Shown here one piece after another: positions 9,813 to 19,915 of a stretch of DNA of 64,000 nt (positions are counted from its first letter, which is position 1; each line of letters starts with the position of its first letter). Under the pieces are notes generated by a model. That model made no database searches, was not told the origin of the DNA, and saw only the letters and a list, made by a program, of their open reading frames with translations. Location: assembly GCA_964621065.1 (NCBI GenBank), contig CAZULG010000001.1, positions 11,082 through 75,081 of the forward strand, read 5' to 3'. This stretch comes from an uncultured Methanosarcinales archaeon. Lineage in GTDB: Archaea; Nanobdellota; Nanobdellia; Woesearchaeales; UBA583. The position numbers were made by a program, and so were the translations under genes.

Positions 9813-10385
9813 TTAAAATATTATAATCTCAAAGTAAACTAATAATATTGAAATTATTAAAAGATGAACGAGGTTACCAATACCTAGGGCTAATAAAGTT
9901 AACTTTGGACTATATTTAACAATTCCAGCACTTGCTGATATGAAATCAGTTGGAAGAGGAAGTGGAAGAGATTGAAAAAAAGTTATAATATAGAAAATCT
10001 TCCATTTTGAGTACTTATTTATGTATTTTTGAATATTTTTGAAATATTTACTATATTTAGTTTTATTTGTAATTTCACTTCCTATATATCCCAAATAATA
10101 AAAAAATGCATCTCCTATTGTGAGTCCAATTGCAGATAAAACTGAGAGAAGAATATAATTACTTCCTCCATATAAAAATAGTACAAATAATGCATAAAAT
10201 GAAGCGGAAGTGAGTGCTGATACACCTCCAAATGTTGCGATTAGAAATATGATTATATAAGAGTTATTGATCCCAATTTGAGAAACTATTGAGCTCGCTT
10301 CTAATTGAGAGACTATAATAATATAGATTGTAAAGAGTATCAAAATTAAAGAAAATTCAAGTATTTTTTTAGTATGTATTTTCAT
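9813..10385 (-). CDS. DedA/VTT (SNARE-associated) family membrane protein
   Basis: Multi-TM protein with glycine-containing helices and an FFQSLPLPLPTDFISASAG segment typical of the DedA re-entrant motif. Confidence 0.4.
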   Translation of the reverse strand: MKIHTKKILEFSLILILFTIYIIIVSQLEASSIVSQIGINNSYIIIFLIATFGGVSALTSASFYALFVLFLYGGSNYILLSVLSAIGLTIGDAFFYYLGYIGSEITNKTKYSKYFKNIQKYINKYSKWKIFYIITFFQSLPLPLPTDFISASAGIVKYSPKLTLLALGIGNLVHLLIISILLVYFEIIIF

Positions 10386-10396
10386 CTTACAATTAT

Positions 10397-11608
10397 TTAT
10401 CCTCTATGAAGCATTTGATCAACAATTTCTAAACTTTCAAAAAAATAATCAATTTCATCAATTGTATTATACATCGCAAAACTCACACGCAGTGTTGATT
10501 GAACTCCTAAAACTTCTAAAAGTGGTTGAGCGCAATGTGCTCCTTCACGAAGTGCAATTCCTCTCATATCCAAAAGCGTTGCTACGTCATAACAGTTGTA
10601 ATTTTTATACGTAAATGCAAAAATTGGACCTTTTTTTGAACTATTTGTTGTTCCATATAATTGTAATCCCTCAACTGTGTGTGCTTTTTTGAAAAAATGT
10701 TCAATAAGTTGTTGTTCATGATTTTGAATAGATTTCAAATTAGCTCCTTCAATAAATTCAATTGCTTTTGAAAATGCTATTGCTCCACAAATATCAGGTG
10801 TTCCTGCTTCAAATTTATGATAATTCGTTTGATATGTTGATTGATTAAACGTGACTTCTTCAATCATTCCTCCTCCATATTCATAAGGTTTCATAGTTTT
10901 GATGAACTTTTCTTGTGCAATAATTGCACCAACTCCTGTTGGACCATAACATTTATGCGCTGAGAAAGTAAGTGCGTGACATCCAAGTGTTTTAAAATCA
11001 ATTTGCTCATGTCCAACAATTTGCGCAGCATCATAAAATAAATACGCGTCTTCATAGTAACGTGCAACTTGTTTAATTTTTTGTGTATTTAATTTTTCTC
11101 CCAACACATTTGAAATCAATGGGAGTGCTATAATTTTTGTTTTCTCACTCACTAAGTTTTCAAATGCAATATAGTCAAATTCTTGTGTTTGAGTTAATGG
11201 AACAATTTTAAGTACTGCTCCTGTGTGTTTTGCAAGTTCTTGGTATACTACAAAATTACTATGATGCTCAACACATGATACAATAATTTCATCTCCTGGC
11301 TTAATTGTATGTTCAATTCCTCTCGCTAACATATTAATCCCATTTGTTGTTCCTCGTGTAAATATACACTCGCTGAGTTTTACTTGAAAGTGCTCAGCAA
11401 TTGTTGCTCTTGCGTTTTCAAAAAGAGTTGTTGCTTGCTGTGATAAAAAGTGTGCACCACGATGAACATTTGAATTTTGTGTTGAGTAATATTTAACAAT
11501 TGAGTTAATAACACTTTGTGGAGTTTGTGATGTTGCACCATTATCAAAGTAGACAAGTTGATTGCCATTGACTTTTTTAGTTAAAATAGGAAATTCATTT
11601 CTAAACAT
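10397..11608 (-). CDS. Cysteine desulfurase (class V aminotransferase, SufS/NifS-like)
   Basis: FDNGATSQTPQSVI, NVHRGAHFLS and the PLP-lysine region SFSAHKCYGPTGVGAI. Confidence 0.8.
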   Translation of the reverse strand: MFRNEFPILTKKVNGNQLVYFDNGATSQTPQSVINSIVKYYSTQNSNVHRGAHFLSQQATTLFENARATIAEHFQVKLSECIFTRGTTNGINMLARGIEHTIKPGDEIIVSCVEHHSNFVVYQELAKHTGAVLKIVPLTQTQEFDYIAFENLVSEKTKIIALPLISNVLGEKLNTQKIKQVARYYEDAYLFYDAAQIVGHEQIDFKTLGCHALTFSAHKCYGPTGVGAIIAQEKFIKTMKPYEYGGGMIEEVTFNQSTYQTNYHKFEAGTPDICGAIAFSKAIEFIEGANLKSIQNHEQQLIEHFFKKAHTVEGLQLYGTTNSSKKGPIFAFTYKNYNCYDVATLLDMRGIALREGAHCAQPLLEVLGVQSTLRVSFAMYNTIDEIDYFFESLEIVDQMLHRG

Positions 11609-11685
11609 AATTTATTAAATAGAGCGTTGTTTTTAATTCTTTTTCTCTCTTGAAGAGTTTGAAGAATTTTGAAGTGTAATTAAGT

Positions 11686-11967
11686 ATGAATGGAAACTTA
11701 TTTATATTAAAAAAGGTAGTGTTTAATATGAATAAAAATACTATTTTGAAAGTTATTGTAAGTGTTCTTCTCTTAATTGGACTCGTGATATTGCCATTTT
11801 ATATAAATTCTTATGAAAAATTTTCAATGGAAGGCGAGTCTTGTCAGCTGTATTATGCATCTTGCATTTGTTATGGGAGTTATTATGTTGGAGATTCGTA
11901 TCCTCCTAGCCACGTATGTGGAGGAATTGAGAGATGTTCTTCGATTAATAGAACAGTATGTAGATAA
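11686..11967 (+). CDS. Hypothetical small Cys-rich secreted protein
   Basis: Signal anchor then nine Cys in the C-terminal 50 aa. Confidence 0.3.
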   Translation: MNGNLFILKKVVFNMNKNTILKVIVSVLLLIGLVILPFYINSYEKFSMEGESCQLYYASCICYGSYYVGDSYPPSHVCGGIERCSSINRTVCR

Positions 11968-12004
11968 AAAATATATTTATAAATAATCATAACATATAAA
12001 TAAT

Positions 12005-12211
12005 ATGGTAACATCTAAAACTCTTCATGAAAATGATATTAGAAATATTGTAAGAGATGAAATTTCTCAGATAGTTCCTGAGTTTGAAATAATAACTGAG
12101 TCTCAATTATCATTAAGAGAAAAAAATTTGTGTTTAGAAGCTGAAGAAGAATACAAAAAGGGAGAAACAATATCTTTTGAGGAAGTGTATGATAAAATTT
12201 TAGATGAATAA
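12005..12211 (+). CDS. Putative antitoxin of a type II toxin-antitoxin pair
   Basis: 68-aa acidic protein whose stop lies 3 nt before the RelE-like toxin start. Confidence 0.4.
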   Translation: MVTSKTLHENDIRNIVRDEISQIVPEFEIITESQLSLREKNLCLEAEEEYKKGETISFEEVYDKILDE

Positions 12212-12213
12212 AA

Positions 12214-12474
12214 ATGTATGATATTCAATTTTCAAAAGAATCATTTAAATTTCTTGAAAAACTTAAAGATAAAGAGTTAAAGAGGAGATTGCTTAAATCA
12301 ATCTTTCTACTTAAACTGGAACCTTATCCTAAGAATAATTTTAAGCTTTTAGAACCCTACAAAGAAAAAATAAGAATTAGAGTTGGCAAATATAGAATTC
12401 TCTATACAGTGAAGGAAAAAGAATTAGTTATTTTAATTATTACTATTGATAAAAGAGGAAGAGTTTACAAATAA
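12214..12474 (+). CDS. RelE/ParE family toxin
   Basis: 86 aa ending ...VGKYRILYTVKEKELVILIITIDKRGRVYK, the RelE/ParE C-terminal pattern. Confidence 0.55.
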   Translation: MYDIQFSKESFKFLEKLKDKELKRRLLKSIFLLKLEPYPKNNFKLLEPYKEKIRIRVGKYRILYTVKEKELVILIITIDKRGRVYK

Positions 12475-12620
12475 TCTATTTCTCTTCAAATGCTTCTCTT
12501 AATACACTTTCCAGCAGTTTTTGTGCATATTCTTTTGAATTTTTGATCTCTTCTTCTAATTTATCACAATACCGCATCAATTCATCAACTTTTTGGGTTA
12601 TTCATTGTTGTTTCTATAAA

Positions 12621-15600
12621 TTATTCTCTTTTATTTTTATTTAACTTTTTTGAATCTTCAGCCATTGTAGGCAGACTTGAATTAGAAGGATAACTATAAC
12701 TTTTTATTTCATCAATTGGGTTTTGTATTTCATTTTCTATCTCAAAGTTGTCAGTTGTCTCCTTAACTTGAGCTAATACAATATCTATTGCATCTTTTTG
12801 GTCCTCAGGAGGATATTTGTATTTTGTCAGTAATCGTTTGATCATAACTCTCATTTTTGCTCTTGCAAATTCTCTTTTATCCCAATCAATAGTTTTGTTT
12901 TTTCTGATTTGAATTACTAGCTCTTTTGCAATTTCTTTTAAGACATCTTCGCCCATTACATCTTTTATTTCATCTTTATAACTTAGAGCATCATAAAATG
13001 CAATTTCATCATCACTTAATCCCATTGAATTTCTTCTGTTAAATTGTTCTTTGAAATGTTTTGCCAAATTAATCATTTCTTCAATAACTTTAGCAGTCTC
13101 AATAGTTCTATTTTCATACTTTAAAACAGTATTTTTTAGTATTTCAGAAAATTTTAACTCCATTGCCTTATTATGTTTTGATTTAGTTTTTATCTCATCA
13201 TTAATGAGTTTTTTTAATAATTCAAATGTCAAATTTTTATGCTCTTTATTTTTCAATTCATCTAAAAAATCATCTGAGAGTACTGAGAGTTCTGGTTTAT
13301 CAATTCCTGCTATTTGATAGATATCTACTACTTCTTTTCCTGTAATAGCATTATTGAGTAATTCGTTTAGTTTTGTATTATAATTTACTTCAGTAGTTTT
13401 ATGTTCTCTTGCATTTAATTTCAAAAGGGAAATTCTCACTGCTTGGAAATATTTAATGTCTAAAACTAAATCCCTTGCTTCTTGTGATTGAGGACATAAT
13501 GAATGAGCTTTAATTAATTCAAATGTTGTTTTCATAAATAATTCTTTCTTTTTTTCTCCTTGTGAGAGGATATGTTCCATTCCATCTTCAATTAGTCTTA
13601 TTCTTTTAAAGTATTCAACTGACTCATCTTTGAAATCTTCATAGTTAAAATGTTTAAATAATGAGCTCACGATTTCAAATTTATCTTTCATCACATCAAT
13701 TGCGTGTGAAATTTCTTTTCCAATTACTTCTTTGTCTGAGTCAGAGTAAAAGCTTACTGCTTGTTTTAAAAATTGACCAATTCCAATATAATCTACTACT
13801 AAACCTGAATCTTTGTCTTTGAATACTCTATTAACTCTTGAAATTGCTTGAATTAAGTTATGTCCTTTAATTGGTTTGTCAATATACATCGTGCTCACAC
13901 ACGGAACATCAAAACCTGTGAGCCACATATCACGAACGATTACAATTTCTAATTCATCCTCTTCATCTTTAAATCTTTGAGCAATTGCATCTTGTTCTTT
14001 TTTGCTTCTAATATGATCTTGAAGTTTTTGTTTATCTGATGAAGCACCACTAAATATTATCTTCATCTTTCCTTTAGAATCATCATCATCGTGTAAATCC
14101 GGTTGTAGAGCTTTTAGTATATTATAAAAATCGACACAAATTTCTCGAGACATACATACAAACATTGCTTTTGATTTGAAATTTGATTTTCTTGATTTGA
14201 AATGTTGCAAAAAATCTTTTGCAATTAATTCTAATCTATTTTTATTTCCAACTATTGCTTCAAGTTGTGCCCACTTTCGTTTTGCTTGATTTGATTTAGC
14301 TTCATCATTTTCAGTTATTTCTTCAAATTCTGAATCTAGTTGAGTCAAATATTGTTCTTCTAAACCAATTTTTGCAAGTCTTGATTCATAATAAATTGGA
14401 ACTGTTGTTTTATCTTCAACAGATTGTGCCATTGTGTATTTATCAATATAATCTCCAAATACTTCTGAAGTGTTCTTTCCATCTAATTCTAAAGGTGTCC
14501 CTGTAAATCCAATGAATTGAGCGTTTGGAAGAGAATCTCTCATATGTCTTGCATATCCTTTAATAAAATCATATTGACTTCTATGTGCTTCATCTGCAAT
14601 GATGAATATATTTTTCCTATTTGATAATTCATCTGCTTTTACTTTTTCTTTTTCAAGTAAGAATTTTTGAATTGTTGTAAATATAATCCCTCCTGATTCT
14701 CTGTGTTGTAATAATTCTTTGAGATGTTCTCTATTTTTTGCTTGATCAGGAACTTGTTTTAATATATCAACAGAACCTGAAAATGTTGAAAATAACTGGT
14801 CGTCTAAATCATTTCTATCAGTTAAAACAATAATTGTTGGATTGTTGAATTCATTGATGAGTTTTCCTGTATAGAATGTCATTGAAAATGATTTTCCACT
14901 TCCTGTTGAGTGCCAAATGACTCCTACTCTGTTTGAATTTGTAGTTACTGCTTGATGTGATTTTTCAATTGCTTTATTTACAGCAAAATATTGGTGATAT
15001 GAGGCTAAAATTTTAATTGTTTGTTTTTGTTTATTTTTTTGAATTGTTATGAAATTGTGAATGATATCTAAGAAATGTTCTTTTTTATACATTCCATTAA
15101 TTTGAGTTTCAATTTGAACAAAACTTTTATTGTGTCTTTTTCCATCTTCTGATTTCCATTGTACAAATCTATCAAATTCTGCTGTTATTGTTCCTGCTCT
15201 TGCTTCAAATCCATCTGATATAACTAAGAATGTGTTGTATGTGAATATGTTAGGTATTCTTCGTTGATATGTTTTTATTTGCTCATATGCACTCTCAATT
15301 GTTGTTTTCTCATCACTTGGATTTTTCAACTCAATTATTGAGAGAGGAATTCCATTAAGATATACTACTATGTCTAGGCGTTTTTGATTCTGATCTTGAA
15401 TAATAGTGAGTTGATTTGTTGCTAGAAAATTATTATTATGTATGTTGTGTTTATCAAATAAAAATACTTTTTCATATTTTTGAGTTTTCTCATTATATGT
15501 ATCTACTCCGTTTAAAATGTAATTGTGAAATTCGAGATTTGCTTCTTCTAATACAGGGTGTGTGATTGCTTGAATTTTTTTAACAGCTTCATCTATTTGT

Positions 15601-15779
15601 TTTTGAGTTTTATTTATGTTGATTTGTTTTAACTGAGCTTTTAATCTATTTGTGAGAATAATATTTGCATGGTTTTGTTCTCTCTCATTAATTAAATCGG
15701 GTCCAAATAAATATTCATATTTTAACGATTTGAATAATTCAAGCACTGCTTGTTCTAGAGAATCCTCATTAAACTTCAT
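12621..15779 (-). CDS. hsdR: Type I restriction enzyme R subunit HsdR
   Basis: 1052 aa with helicase motifs HSTGSGKSFS (Walker A) and IIADEAHRSQ (DEAH), and the N-terminal nuclease region. Confidence 0.9.
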   Translation of the reverse strand: MKFNEDSLEQAVLELFKSLKYEYLFGPDLINEREQNHANIILTNRLKAQLKQININKTQKQIDEAVKKIQAITHPVLEEANLEFHNYILNGVDTYNEKTQKYEKVFLFDKHNIHNNNFLATNQLTIIQDQNQKRLDIVVYLNGIPLSIIELKNPSDEKTTIESAYEQIKTYQRRIPNIFTYNTFLVISDGFEARAGTITAEFDRFVQWKSEDGKRHNKSFVQIETQINGMYKKEHFLDIIHNFITIQKNKQKQTIKILASYHQYFAVNKAIEKSHQAVTTNSNRVGVIWHSTGSGKSFSMTFYTGKLINEFNNPTIIVLTDRNDLDDQLFSTFSGSVDILKQVPDQAKNREHLKELLQHRESGGIIFTTIQKFLLEKEKVKADELSNRKNIFIIADEAHRSQYDFIKGYARHMRDSLPNAQFIGFTGTPLELDGKNTSEVFGDYIDKYTMAQSVEDKTTVPIYYESRLAKIGLEEQYLTQLDSEFEEITENDEAKSNQAKRKWAQLEAIVGNKNRLELIAKDFLQHFKSRKSNFKSKAMFVCMSREICVDFYNILKALQPDLHDDDDSKGKMKIIFSGASSDKQKLQDHIRSKKEQDAIAQRFKDEEDELEIVIVRDMWLTGFDVPCVSTMYIDKPIKGHNLIQAISRVNRVFKDKDSGLVVDYIGIGQFLKQAVSFYSDSDKEVIGKEISHAIDVMKDKFEIVSSLFKHFNYEDFKDESVEYFKRIRLIEDGMEHILSQGEKKKELFMKTTFELIKAHSLCPQSQEARDLVLDIKYFQAVRISLLKLNAREHKTTEVNYNTKLNELLNNAITGKEVVDIYQIAGIDKPELSVLSDDFLDELKNKEHKNLTFELLKKLINDEIKTKSKHNKAMELKFSEILKNTVLKYENRTIETAKVIEEMINLAKHFKEQFNRRNSMGLSDDEIAFYDALSYKDEIKDVMGEDVLKEIAKELVIQIRKNKTIDWDKREFARAKMRVMIKRLLTKYKYPPEDQKDAIDIVLAQVKETTDNFEIENEIQNPIDEIKSYSYPSNSSLPTMAEDSKKLNKNKRE

Positions 15780-15831
15780 TTATAAGAGAATTTAGTTGTT
15801 TTATATTTAAATAGTTACTGGTTTAGACTGA

Positions 15832-16350
15832 TTATTGTTTTATGATTTTAAAATTATTATATTTAAACAGGTATTGGGAGATATTAATATATTTTATTTG
15901 TTCGGCTTTACAAATTGTTGGAATTTTTAAAAACAAATTTTTATTATATTTCTCATTTGTAGTTTCGTTTGTTACAATTATAGGTGTTACATTTAATCTT
16001 GTCTTTTCTAAATGTTTTACTAATTCTATTAAATATAAATCTACATATTTATCAAGAAACTTTTTCTTTTCTGAATCAAAAACTCCATTAAATTTTGAAT
16101 TTTTATGTGCTAATTTTTCCAAAAAAAAAGTTTCTTCAACTTTTTGACTTAAAAAATTAGTATCTACTGACTTAATATTTTTCTTAAATGAATCATTTCC
16201 TACTAATTCTCCTTCTACTTTATCAATTACTACGACTTCTTCTGATTGAATTTTTTCTAATAAAAACGAGTACAACTCTTTATTATCATTAGAATAATAT
16301 TTAAAATAATCTATTAATGCACAGGTATCAAAAATAAATACAGGACTCAT
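15832..16350 (-). CDS. DUF4411-like PIN-like domain protein
   Basis: N-terminal VFIFDTCALIDYF acidic PIN-like motif; 172 aa; 4-nt overlap with the upstream ImmA-like gene. Confidence 0.45.
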   Translation of the reverse strand: MSPVFIFDTCALIDYFKYYSNDNKELYSFLLEKIQSEEVVVIDKVEGELVGNDSFKKNIKSVDTNFLSQKVEETFFLEKLAHKNSKFNGVFDSEKKKFLDKYVDLYLIELVKHLEKTRLNVTPIIVTNETTNEKYNKNLFLKIPTICKAEQIKYINISQYLFKYNNFKIIKQ

Positions 16351-17564
16351 TTTTTAGGTAATAACCTCTCAATTTCAAACTCTTTAATTAGTCCATTTTC
16401 ATAATTGATCATTAATATATCTTGAAAAAGTCTTGATTGTTTAGGTTTTGGTTTGGTATAAGGTATTTGTTTTTTGAATTCTTTAATATTTTCATCAGTA
16501 ATTTCAATCCCTTTTTTATTCATTTCAGACTTTATTTGAGATTCTCTTTCTTGTTTTTCTAGTTCTTTTTTTGTTTGAACATTTTTCTCTATTTCTTTGA
16601 GTTTATGCTCATATTCTTTATGAGAAATTATTTCTTGTTTTCTTAAATGAGTATAGAGAGCTGAATTACTTAAATATGTTTTTTGATATATCTCTTCTAC
16701 ATTTGTTTTAGTTAGATTTTCTTCAAAGAGTAAAAAATTAAATGCAAACTCATTACACCATTGCTCTACTTTATTAATTGAGATAATTGGGTACTCTATT
16801 TGTTCGACTTCTTCAATATCAAGTAAATGATGTCCTAATTCGTGAAGTAGAGTAAATATTTGTTTTCTAGGATAATCTTTTTCTCGTTTAACCACTATAC
16901 AATTTGGTTGTATATAACATCCGTTAAAATTAATATTTTGTTTGGAATTTGGTGAGTCTACATGTTCAAATACTATTACATTTAGCTCATCAAGTATTGT
17001 TATCATATTTTTAATGAATACTTCTTCATTGTTTGATTTTGTAGTGTTTAGTTTTTCGTTATTGAGTGTTTTTTTACTGATTTGTTTTGATTGTTTTAAT
17101 TGATGTTCTATTTCTTCACATTTTAATCTTATTGATGTTGCAACTTTTTTTGGATTATCTCTTATATTATAAGTATCTAATTTTCTTGATAAATCATAAT
17201 CAATATTTTTAGCTAAACTTTGAATTTCTTTTGATAATTGTTCGTAATTATCAATTACTTTTCTGCTATATAAGTCTAAATTAGTTTCAAATTGATTATT
17301 TTTTCTTAAAAATATTGAAGAGTTAGTATTTGTTATATCATCTCTTCTATAATAAAAACTTAGTCCTTGATTGAATACTTTATCTATTTTTTTAAGCGTT
17401 TGAATTTTCACAGGGTTTTGAAGATCTTTTTCTTTGATTTTTGTCAGTTCTATAAATTCTTTTTGCGTGAGATTAAATTTTTTAAGAAGAAAGTTTAGTC
17501 GATTATAATTGAGAGTAAATGTTGTATTATTACTCAAATTATTTAAAGAAGCTACAAGAGACAT
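16347..17564 (-). CDS. XRE-type HTH fused to an ImmA/IrrE family zinc metallopeptidase
   Basis: HTH-like LTQKEFIELTKIKEKDL near the N-terminus, central FTLLHELGHHLLD (HExxH), and a coiled-coil C-terminal extension. Confidence 0.55.
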   Translation of the reverse strand: MSLVASLNNLSNNTTFTLNYNRLNFLLKKFNLTQKEFIELTKIKEKDLQNPVKIQTLKKIDKVFNQGLSFYYRRDDITNTNSSIFLRKNNQFETNLDLYSRKVIDNYEQLSKEIQSLAKNIDYDLSRKLDTYNIRDNPKKVATSIRLKCEEIEHQLKQSKQISKKTLNNEKLNTTKSNNEEVFIKNMITILDELNVIVFEHVDSPNSKQNINFNGCYIQPNCIVVKREKDYPRKQIFTLLHELGHHLLDIEEVEQIEYPIISINKVEQWCNEFAFNFLLFEENLTKTNVEEIYQKTYLSNSALYTHLRKQEIISHKEYEHKLKEIEKNVQTKKELEKQERESQIKSEMNKKGIEITDENIKEFKKQIPYTKPKPKQSRLFQDILMINYENGLIKEFEIERLLPKK

Positions 17565-17622
17565 ATTTTCAAAGAGTTATTAAAACTTATAAATTTTTGT
17601 TATTATTTGAAGAAGAGGGGAA

Positions 17623-18588
17623 TTATTCTAAGTCTTCTTCATCAAATCCTTTTACATTACTTTGATTTAATAAATTTACTTTTGTGGACTCTATTTCATC
17701 TATTTCATCCTGAGATTTGTATTCCTTAACTTCATACTTAGGAGAACTGATAATTTTCAATTCTCCTGTGATTTTATTTTTATCAATTTCTCTCCCTGTA
17801 ATTTCATATTTTAAAATGACTTCTCCTTCCTTCTCACATTTAACATAAATTTCAGGAAATCTTGTTGGAAAATGTTGATCTGCTTCTTCACACCAGTACT
17901 GAATGCGATTATTTGAACTAAGAAATACATTTTCACTAGGCTCAATTTTAGAATAAGACTTAATTTCAGGAAATTGGTTTTTATAAATATTAGGATACTC
18001 TCTAATAAAATTAAGTTTGTTTGATATACTTTCAAAGGTGATTCTTACATCTTCAACTCTTATATTTCCTAAATTATTAAGTTTAATTTTAAAAGGTAGG
18101 AATTCTTCCTCAATTTCCTTCAAAGCTTCTTCTTCAATTTGAGTTGGACCTTGGAAGAAATTAAATTTTCCTGATATTATAGAAGATAGAGATGAGCTTG
18201 GAAGACTTATCTTTTTTAATTCCTCTTTTTCTTCTTGAGTTAAGTCATCTTCTTTTTCATCTTTTATGAGTTTTCGTTTAGTAATTGTTGAATTTATTTC
18301 TATTTCTTTCAAATCATTATCAAATACTACATCTAATTTTGGTTTATTATCTTCAAAATGTTTAATTTTGTCAAGTTCTTCCTTCCAAACCTTGTAGGAT
18401 GAATATATTAAAGCTAAAACAAAAAAAATGACTGTTATAATAAAAATATACTTATCTGAAAGATTTACTCCAATTTTTAATGAAAAATCAAAATATGTAT
18501 TAACTAAACCTAAAATAGTTGGTATAATACCTATAACAGTAACCCAATTAGAAAATATTTTCTTCAAATAATATATTAAATCATTCAT
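17623..18588 (-). CDS. Uncharacterised protein with two N-terminal TM helices and a long charged cytoplasmic domain
   Basis: TM1 WVTVIGIIPTILGLV and TM2 IFIITVIFFVLALIY; the rest is Glu/Lys-rich; the start overlaps the hsdS stop by 8 nt. Confidence 0.35.
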   Translation of the reverse strand: MNDLIYYLKKIFSNWVTVIGIIPTILGLVNTYFDFSLKIGVNLSDKYIFIITVIFFVLALIYSSYKVWKEELDKIKHFEDNKPKLDVVFDNDLKEIEINSTITKRKLIKDEKEDDLTQEEKEELKKISLPSSSLSSIISGKFNFFQGPTQIEEEALKEIEEEFLPFKIKLNNLGNIRVEDVRITFESISNKLNFIREYPNIYKNQFPEIKSYSKIEPSENVFLSSNNRIQYWCEEADQHFPTRFPEIYVKCEKEGEVILKYEITGREIDKNKITGELKIISSPKYEVKEYKSQDEIDEIESTKVNLLNQSNVKGFDEEDLE

Positions 18589-19915
18589 TCTTTACTCTAA
18601 TTTCTCCTCTCATTAATTTTGGAAGTAAAACATCCCTTGTATTTTGAAGATATTGAATTTCATTTAAGTTATCAATATAATTATTAAAAAAATTTGAATA
18701 TATCTTTTCAAATTCAATTAGTGTATTTTTATTAGAAATCAAAAGAGAGATATTTTCTATTTCAGTAGAACTGATATTTGGTTGTGCTGAACCAATTGCT
18801 TTGTCTCTTATTTTTTTCAAATATTCATTGGAGTTGAAAACAATATATGAGTATAATAATCCATAATCAAAAATTTGTTTAAACATTCCTACTCGTTGAT
18901 TTAATAATAGTTTATAATTTGATTTTTGAACAACTCCTATTTTCCCTATTTCTGCACCAGTCATTGCAATTAAAATATCTTTTTCTTTAATTATAAATTT
19001 TGAATCTAAGTTTTGAATTGAATTATCATCAATAAATCCAGAATCTGTTAGGTTTACAATTCCTCCTGAAATATTTTTTATTTTGATTAATCTACTCTTA
19101 CTATATTTAACAAAATCTTTACTCTTAAATGCATAACCACTCTGGATTTTTACTAATTCTCCTAATCTTCCGGCTCTCCATCCCTTTGGAATTTCTTTTC
19201 CTAATTCTTCACAAAACACCATTTCTCCTCCATTTGATTTATATTCTTCTCCATTTTCATTTGGAAATTCAAAATCAACAAACCACCTTTTAAAAAGTGT
19301 TTTTCCCATCTCTTCAAGTGTTTGATTAATGTGTTTATTCATTTCAATTTTTGAGTCTAAATCACTTAAGATTTTCGCAATAGATTTTTGTTCTTCAATG
19401 GTTGGAGGGAGAGGAATATTGACTTTTTCTAAAATACTAACATATAAGTTTTTTTGAACACTTCCAACTGCCTTTGATTTTAGTTCTTCTCGAATCAATT
19501 TCAAAAAATTTAATATATATTTAGTTTGATTTTTATCAATTGGATTAATATTAATGATTGCTCTGTTTCCACACATAAAATCCTTCAAAACTCCTAATTT
19601 TCCAATTGTCCCAGACTTACTTATTGCAATAGACTCAGGTTCAAACAACTTAGCACTCTTGCCTGCACTTTTGAAACCTTCTTTAGAAAGCTTTCTACTT
19701 GTGTCATAGATAAAAGTATCATTTAAATCATTAACTCTTAACCATTTAATTTCATCACCAAAAAAATTTGGATTCGTTTGAGAAGGATTTACATATCCTT
19801 CTTGGAATTTACAAAGTTCTCCTAACTCCTTAACTTCCCAATCATGAGGGATTTTTCCAATTTCAGTATCTTTAAATTCTGTTTCTTTGTAAGTGTTCAT
19901 TTTAAAATCCTCCAA
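18581..19915 (-). CDS. hsdS: Type I restriction-modification specificity subunit HsdS
   Basis: Two target-recognition halves, each followed by a conserved helical spacer (HINQTLEEMGKTLFKRWFVDFEFP; NTRDVLLPKLMRGEI). Confidence 0.8.
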   Translation of the reverse strand: MEDFKMNTYKETEFKDTEIGKIPHDWEVKELGELCKFQEGYVNPSQTNPNFFGDEIKWLRVNDLNDTFIYDTSRKLSKEGFKSAGKSAKLFEPESIAISKSGTIGKLGVLKDFMCGNRAIININPIDKNQTKYILNFLKLIREELKSKAVGSVQKNLYVSILEKVNIPLPPTIEEQKSIAKILSDLDSKIEMNKHINQTLEEMGKTLFKRWFVDFEFPNENGEEYKSNGGEMVFCEELGKEIPKGWRAGRLGELVKIQSGYAFKSKDFVKYSKSRLIKIKNISGGIVNLTDSGFIDDNSIQNLDSKFIIKEKDILIAMTGAEIGKIGVVQKSNYKLLLNQRVGMFKQIFDYGLLYSYIVFNSNEYLKKIRDKAIGSAQPNISSTEIENISLLISNKNTLIEFEKIYSNFFNNYIDNLNEIQYLQNTRDVLLPKLMRGEIRVKNE

